Shown here in pieces: positions 58,888 through 64,000 of a stretch of DNA of 64,000 nucleotides. Source of the DNA: Methanothrix sp. (GTDB lineage: Archaea > Halobacteriota > Methanosarcinia > Methanotrichales > Methanotrichaceae); NCBI GenBank assembly GCA_037128175.1, contig JBAXWY010000007.1, forward strand, positions 1 to 64,000, in the 5' to 3' direction. The stretch's first letter is position 1, and each line of letters opens with the position of its first letter. Below the pieces are notes generated by a model. It saw only the letters and a program-made list of their open reading frames with translations. It was not told the DNA's origin and did no database searches. Made by a program: the position numbers and the translations under genes.

Positions 58888-60741
58888 TCAGTAAGTTACC
58901 TCCAGGCTCCATTTGTTCAGCTTGCCTGTGTCTCTGCTTGCTAAATCCCTGATCCGAAGGATCCATTTGCCCTTCAAGGATTGACCGAGAAAGGCGACTA
59001 AAGAGGCCTTTGATTTAGAATCATAACTCTTCAGCAGATCCTTCTTGCCGATGCCGGTGCGATTGTGCAGGATGGCTCTTTTGCCACCTGGTGAAGTGAG
59101 TTCCACTCTCAGGTTGGAGATGTTGTTGTGGCTTATATCAACTTCCACTACCAGTCTCTTCACTTTGCCATCCTGATCGAGAGAAATCGCATTGACAAGG
59201 CCCGGGGGGCTATTGTCGGGGATTATCTCACCGGATAGCGTTGATCCTTTGGCCACATGATCGGTCTTTTCCTGTCCCATCACAAATGTAATGACACGGC
59301 CAGGTTCTCCGATATTTGATATCATCAGGCCCGAGTCCGAGCCGTCCCATAAAACCGAGGCGGGCCTTGTGTTGTGGCTGAGAGCGATTCCCACCATCTT
59401 GCCGAAGAGATCCTTTACGTCACCCATGCTGCGATTGGTTTCCAGATCCAGGCTGCCGTCCGCCTGCAAGAGCCCGCACTGGTAGTGCTTGGTTGCTGAT
59501 CCTCCTTGCCATTCATTTGAGCCTAAAGTGTCGCAGTGATAGACGGCCAGGCCGCCGGCGGGAATGGAGGCGTCCAGATCTATCCCGGAGCGGTTCTCCA
59601 CCAGGAAATACTCATTTATCTTGCCTGTCTCATAAATCATGGCTGTGCCATAATCCCCATGATCTGCCTGATACTGGCCGGGCTGGTTGAGGCGAACTGT
59701 TTTATTGCACCATCCTACCAGGTTACGAAGGTATACGCATACCGGCGCAGGAGTTCTTCCATCATCGTTATGATTTCCGGCGCTCATGAGGCAGAAGTAG
59801 CCAAGGCCAGCACTCTTCTCAAAGTCACCGTCTCGATTGCCGTAATCGTAGAGGTCCGGCCAGCGGCAGATCATGTGACCGCTCTCATGGCAGAAGGTTC
59901 CAATGGAGAGGTCCTCCTTGCTTCTGCCCATGCTGGAAAGCATATAAAAATAGGTCTTCATATTTTTGTACTTGAGGTCTATGATATGGTTATGTGGCCA
60001 CAGCTCTCCCAAATATTGGGTCTGGCCGGCGTAAAGAAAGCTCATGGCATCGACCATTCCCACTCCTCGCGAGTCGAACTGCTCCAGCGCGAGACCGCCT
60101 TTGACAGCCAGGTCGAGGGCCTCCTTGACGAGCAGGTTTTCCGTATAGTATTGACGGTTGCGGCTTAGGGTTATGGGCCCCACCACCACGTTGGTGTAGT
60201 CCAGCTTGCCGCTGGACATGAGGCGGAAATACTCTCGCACAGAGCAGAAGTTGCCGTTCTCATGGTAGCCTTGGCCATTGAGCTGGGCCTCTACATCCTC
60301 CCTTGTGACGGTGCTTTTCACGTCACTGAACTGGACCAGCACCGTCAGGCCTTTGATCTCGCCCTCGCTCACCCGTCTTCCTTCTAAGAGTCCCTTCTCT
60401 GGCCCGAAGGTGCGGAGATTAAGGCTGGGCTTGAAGGCGGATGCAGGGGGGTCCATCTTGGCATATCTCGCCTCAAACTTGCGGTTTCTAACCTCTTCTG
60501 ACTCTTTGAAGTGGCGGCGGACTCCATCAGGCGGGCTAAGGGATGAATCCACTCCACTGGAGACGAACTCGCCCGATATCAGGAAGGCATAGCAGTACAG
60601 TCCATGGTCCTGGTCGTAGACCACGGAATAACCGTCCATATTCTCATATCGGGAATAGAACTCGTCGCCGTAGACTCGAAGCTGCACTTCGGGGCCCTTC
60701 TCTTGGGGGAAGGTCAGAAACTCTCCAAATATCGAACTCAT
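58888..60741 (-). CDS. M6 (immune inhibitor A-like) metalloprotease with C-terminal proprotein convertase P domain
   Basis: GDEFY N-terminus, CHESGH..WPDLYD, CLMSAG, YFLVENR, GKWILRIRD..DTG.L..W. Confidence 0.9.
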   Translation of the reverse strand: MSSIFGEFLTFPQEKGPEVQLRVYGDEFYSRYENMDGYSVVYDQDHGLYCYAFLISGEFVSSGVDSSLSPPDGVRRHFKESEEVRNRKFEARYAKMDPPASAFKPSLNLRTFGPEKGLLEGRRVSEGEIKGLTVLVQFSDVKSTVTREDVEAQLNGQGYHENGNFCSVREYFRLMSSGKLDYTNVVVGPITLSRNRQYYTENLLVKEALDLAVKGGLALEQFDSRGVGMVDAMSFLYAGQTQYLGELWPHNHIIDLKYKNMKTYFYMLSSMGRSKEDLSIGTFCHESGHMICRWPDLYDYGNRDGDFEKSAGLGYFCLMSAGNHNDDGRTPAPVCVYLRNLVGWCNKTVRLNQPGQYQADHGDYGTAMIYETGKINEYFLVENRSGIDLDASIPAGGLAVYHCDTLGSNEWQGGSATKHYQCGLLQADGSLDLETNRSMGDVKDLFGKMVGIALSHNTRPASVLWDGSDSGLMISNIGEPGRVITFVMGQEKTDHVAKGSTLSGEIIPDNSPPGLVNAISLDQDGKVKRLVVEVDISHNNISNLRVELTSPGGKRAILHNRTGIGKKDLLKSYDSKSKASLVAFLGQSLKGKWILRIRDLASRDTGKLNKWSLEVTY

Positions 60742-60844
60742 GGCAGATCAACCTCGCGGATGCGCGCCGCAATGCGACGCTCAGGTCAATTGCATCAGAT
60801 AACTATTTAATTATTTTCTATGTCAAAAAAGGTTCTAAGGGTTC

Positions 60845-62131
60845 TTACTTGCGCCCTATCCCCTTCTCCATGGCCTCTTTGGAAAGTCGTATGGCGCATA
60901 GCTCCGAGCACATGGTGCAGGTGTCTGTTTCCACGCCGCGCCGGTGGCGGATCTGCTTCGCCCTGGCCGGATTTATGGCAGCCTCAAACTGCCCTGTCCA
61001 ATCCAGCTCCGCTCTGGCTTTGGCCATCTGCAGGTCCCACGCTCGCGCCCTCTCCCTCACACCCGGGCGCGTCAGGTCCGCGGCATGCGCAGCTATGCGG
61101 GTGACATAGGTGCCCTCGATCACATCCTCAACGGTAGGCAGGTCCAGGTGTTCGGAGGGCGTGGTGGCGCAGAGGAAGTCCGCTCCCGCCATGCCTGCAA
61201 TCACTCCTCCAACGGCGGCTGTGATGTGGTCGTAGCCGGGCGCTATGTCTGTGACCAGCGGGCCCAGCAAATAGAGTGGCGCGCCGTCCGTCAAGTGCTT
61301 CATGGCCTTGACGCTGGTTTCGATCTCATCGGCGGGCACATGTCCCGGCCCCTCCACCATGGCCTGCACTCCCGCGGCGCGCGCTCTCTTCACCAGCTCG
61401 CCCAGCATGATGAACTCCATGTACTTGGCGCGGTCGGATGCGTCCTCAATGCAGCCAGGCCGAAGGCCATCGCCCAAAGAGAGAGTCAGATCATATTCTT
61501 TGGCTATCTCCAGAAGATAGTCGTACTCAGAGTAGTAGGGATTGTCCTCGCCCGTCTCGCTGATGTACTTCATAGTCAGAGAGCCGCCCCGGCTCACCAC
61601 GCCCAGGACGCGCGGATCGAGTGAAAGTCGCTCCAGAGTATTTTTGTTCACGCCTACATGGACCGTTACGAAGTCCACGCCGTCTTTGGCATGCTTTTCC
61701 AGAGCGTTGAACATGCCCTGGCTGGTCAGATCCTTTTTGACGGCCGCATTGTAGAGGGGAACGCTGCCCACGGGAACGCTTACCGCGTCCAAAATCATGC
61801 GTCGCACTGCGTCCAGATCCCCGCCCGTGGACAGGTCCATCACCGCGTCTGCGCCCGCCGCCGCTGCCGCTAGCGCCTTTTCCACTTCGCTTTGCGGAGA
61901 GTCCAGGTTTTGCGATGTGCCCACATTCACATTCACCTTGGTGGTGAGCAGCTCGCCCACACCGGTGGGCTGCATTCGTTCACGGCGGATGTTCCTTGGT
62001 ATGACCACCCGGCCCAAGGCCACAAGACGGGCCAGCTTCGCTGGCTCTATACCTTCGCGCTTGGCCACGGCCTCAATCAAATTGGGCACGCGTCCTTTGA
62101 TTGCCTCTTGCATCAACGTCATTAATACCAA
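60845..62131 (-). CDS. thiC: Phosphomethylpyrimidine synthase ThiC family
   Basis: [41 protein letters not shown]. Confidence 0.9.
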   Translation of the reverse strand: MVLMTLMQEAIKGRVPNLIEAVAKREGIEPAKLARLVALGRVVIPRNIRRERMQPTGVGELLTTKVNVNVGTSQNLDSPQSEVEKALAAAAAGADAVMDLSTGGDLDAVRRMILDAVSVPVGSVPLYNAAVKKDLTSQGMFNALEKHAKDGVDFVTVHVGVNKNTLERLSLDPRVLGVVSRGGSLTMKYISETGEDNPYYSEYDYLLEIAKEYDLTLSLGDGLRPGCIEDASDRAKYMEFIMLGELVKRARAAGVQAMVEGPGHVPADEIETSVKAMKHLTDGAPLYLLGPLVTDIAPGYDHITAAVGGVIAGMAGADFLCATTPSEHLDLPTVEDVIEGTYVTRIAAHAADLTRPGVRERARAWDLQMAKARAELDWTGQFEAAINPARAKQIRHRRGVETDTCTMCSELCAIRLSKEAMEKGIGRK

Positions 62132-62164
62132 CTAATATATTGTAAGAGCTAAAGTGCTTATCTC

Positions 62165-62803
62165 ATGGTTGAAGTGCATAAGGTTAGCGGTGCGGCATTC
62201 GACGGCAATGTCTACCTGATCCTGGACAAAAAAACCATTTTGGTAGATGCAGGCATGATGGCTGGCCCGACCCTAAAAAATATCAAGAAATTCATCGATC
62301 CAACACAAATTGAGATGATCGTTCTCACTCACTGCCACCACGACCACTCCGGCGCGGCTCCGGCACTCCAGGAGGCAACAGGAGCGCGGCTCCTCTTGAG
62401 CGAAAGAGAGGTAGGCGCGGTGGGCGACGACATGGCATCCGTGGCTTATCTATTCGGCCAGCAGGCCCCGGATTATAAGGTGGATGAGCCCCTTAAGGAA
62501 GGCATGATCCTGGATATTGGCGAATGGAAGCTGCGGGTCATGGAGACTCCCGGCCACTCCCTGGGCAGCCTCTGCCTCTACGAGGAAAACGCGAAGGTTC
62601 TTTTCTCGGGAGACACCGTCTTTCCGGACGGGAACATCGGCCGGACGGACATGTACGGAGGGGATACGCCGGAGCTTGTCAAGTCCATTGAGCGGCTGAC
62701 CACGTTGGATGTGCAGACCATGTATCCCGGACACATGGAGATTACCTCTCGCGATGTGAACCGCCAGATACAGATGAGCCTGAGATTCGCGAAGATCATT
62801 TAG
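62165..62803 (+). CDS. Metallo-beta-lactamase fold hydrolase
   Basis: THCHHDH, TPGHS, SGD, PGH. Confidence 0.92.
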   Translation: MVEVHKVSGAAFDGNVYLILDKKTILVDAGMMAGPTLKNIKKFIDPTQIEMIVLTHCHHDHSGAAPALQEATGARLLLSEREVGAVGDDMASVAYLFGQQAPDYKVDEPLKEGMILDIGEWKLRVMETPGHSLGSLCLYEENAKVLFSGDTVFPDGNIGRTDMYGGDTPELVKSIERLTTLDVQTMYPGHMEITSRDVNRQIQMSLRFAKII

Positions 62804-62946
62804 AAAAGATGCGGAAAGCGCAGGCCAAGCCAGGATGCCTTTAAGCTCCTGGATTTTTGCATCTCCTGTGCTCCGGCGGCACATGGCCAGGGATATGAAC
62901 AGGTGGCATTTTTGGCGGTGAAGTAAATGCAGGTCGGAGAGATGGA

Positions 62947-63562
62947 ATGAAATACTACGTACTCAAACAAGAGGATGATCCCGCAACTTTCGTGGAGTTC
63001 TGGGCAAGAAGGTACAACGACAGAAACGAAAAAAAATATTGGGAATATATCAAACGACCTTTAACTCCAGAATCCGTCAGAGGACTCTTTGCTTGGAAGG
63101 CCATGCCAATAAACCGTAAGACTATCAAGGCAGCAAATCATCCGTTTGTAGAGACCGTAATTTCCAAACTTGACCGTTTTCACAGACTTCAATTGAATAC
63201 GCCAGAAGATACGAACAACTTTCTTACGAATGAGTTAAAGGGCAAAGGTATGATATGGAAAATTTTCACCTTGCACATCATGCATCCCGACAGTTATCCG
63301 ATCTTTGACCAAAACGTTTACCGAGCAATGCATTATTTTTAATGAATACCCCGCAGCTTGCTGCGCGGGTGCGCCGCCGCCGTTTCACTTGCATACCGGC
63401 ACAATTAAGGAGATTCCCCGCAAAAATAGCGATAAACAACCGAGTTACATCAATGAATATCTACCCTTCTATAATCACCATGAGTCTTACGAAGACCGAA
63501 AGCTCGACAAAGCTCTAGTTCTCTTTTGGACGATTCCTAAAGATCCCTCAGACATCGTTTGA
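62947..63562 (+). pseudogene. Hypothetical (HhH-glycosylase-like YPIFD motif) gene split by a miniature insertion
   Basis: 62947..63342 ends RAMHYF*; plausible protein resumes LHTGTIKEIP after repeat B; apparent further +1 shift near LDKAL/FSFGRFLK. Confidence 0.6.
63343..63386 (+). repeat. Miniature repeat family B, copy 2
   Basis: Near-identical to 40481-40526. Confidence 0.85.
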
Positions 63563-63650
63563 AGGCACTGGGAGAGCTGACCAAGGCAAAGATTATAAAA
63601 ACATACAGCGAGCTAAAGAAGCGCAACGCTAAGAGATGGTGGCTATAATC

Positions 63651-64000
63651 ATGACAAATTCAGAGATTTCGCCAAAATCACCAAATCAACTGGTCGGAAA
63701 CATGGGTCTCTTCCACGTTTGCTATGAACTATCAAAGAGAGGCTGGAATTGCCTACCAACCAGCAGAAACGCCAAGGGAATTGATCTCGTCATTTATAGC
63801 CAGGATGCTAAGAAAATGCTCACCATCCAAGTTAAGTCATTGAGCCACAAGAATCCAGTTCCATTTGGCAAAACCCAAAATATGATGGCTGAATTTTTGA
63901 TCGTCTGTGTACTGCTAGAAAGTCCCGTAATATATATCCTCAAAGCAAAAGAGGCCGAGGAAGCGCTCCATCGAGGTGAGAAAGAGGGACGTATATCTTA
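63651..64000 (+). CDS. PD-(D/E)XK nuclease-fold protein, runs off window
   Basis: GNMGLFHVCYELSKRGW...RNAKGIDLVI...IQVKS. Confidence 0.75.
   Translation, partial: MTNSEISPKSPNQLVGNMGLFHVCYELSKRGWNCLPTSRNAKGIDLVIYSQDAKKMLTIQVKSLSHKNPVPFGKTQNMMAEFLIVCVLLESPVIYILKAKEAEEALHRGEKEGRIS

Overview
The gene content (PolD small subunit, fibrillarin, RaSEA, Cdc6/Orc1 with ORB boxes, cbi operon, COG1361/DUF11 surface proteins) marks this as a methanogenic archaeal chromosome, most likely Methanothrix/Methanotrichaceae; that assignment is an inference. Bases 1 to ~9.4 kb are one end of an integrated element. It carries a tyrosine integrase, divergent wHTH/AbrB regulators, an AEP primase-helicase with converging GTTCG iterons inside its 3' end, small coiled-coil genes and two HNH nucleases, a layout resembling a phage satellite. 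The rest is mostly core chromosome: secreted-protein genes, polD-DP1, signal peptidase, flpA, nikR, trxB, tRNA-Gly(GCC) with a small islet, cdc6 plus oriC, cbiT-L-F-G-H-C-D-E, thyA, an RND/S-layer pair, a hybrid histidine kinase, isf, an M6 protease and thiC. Also seen are two dispersed miniature repeat families, several genes that appear to need non-canonical start codons (ACG/ATA/ATC), and two curli-like secreted proteins. No CRISPR array or rRNA was found.
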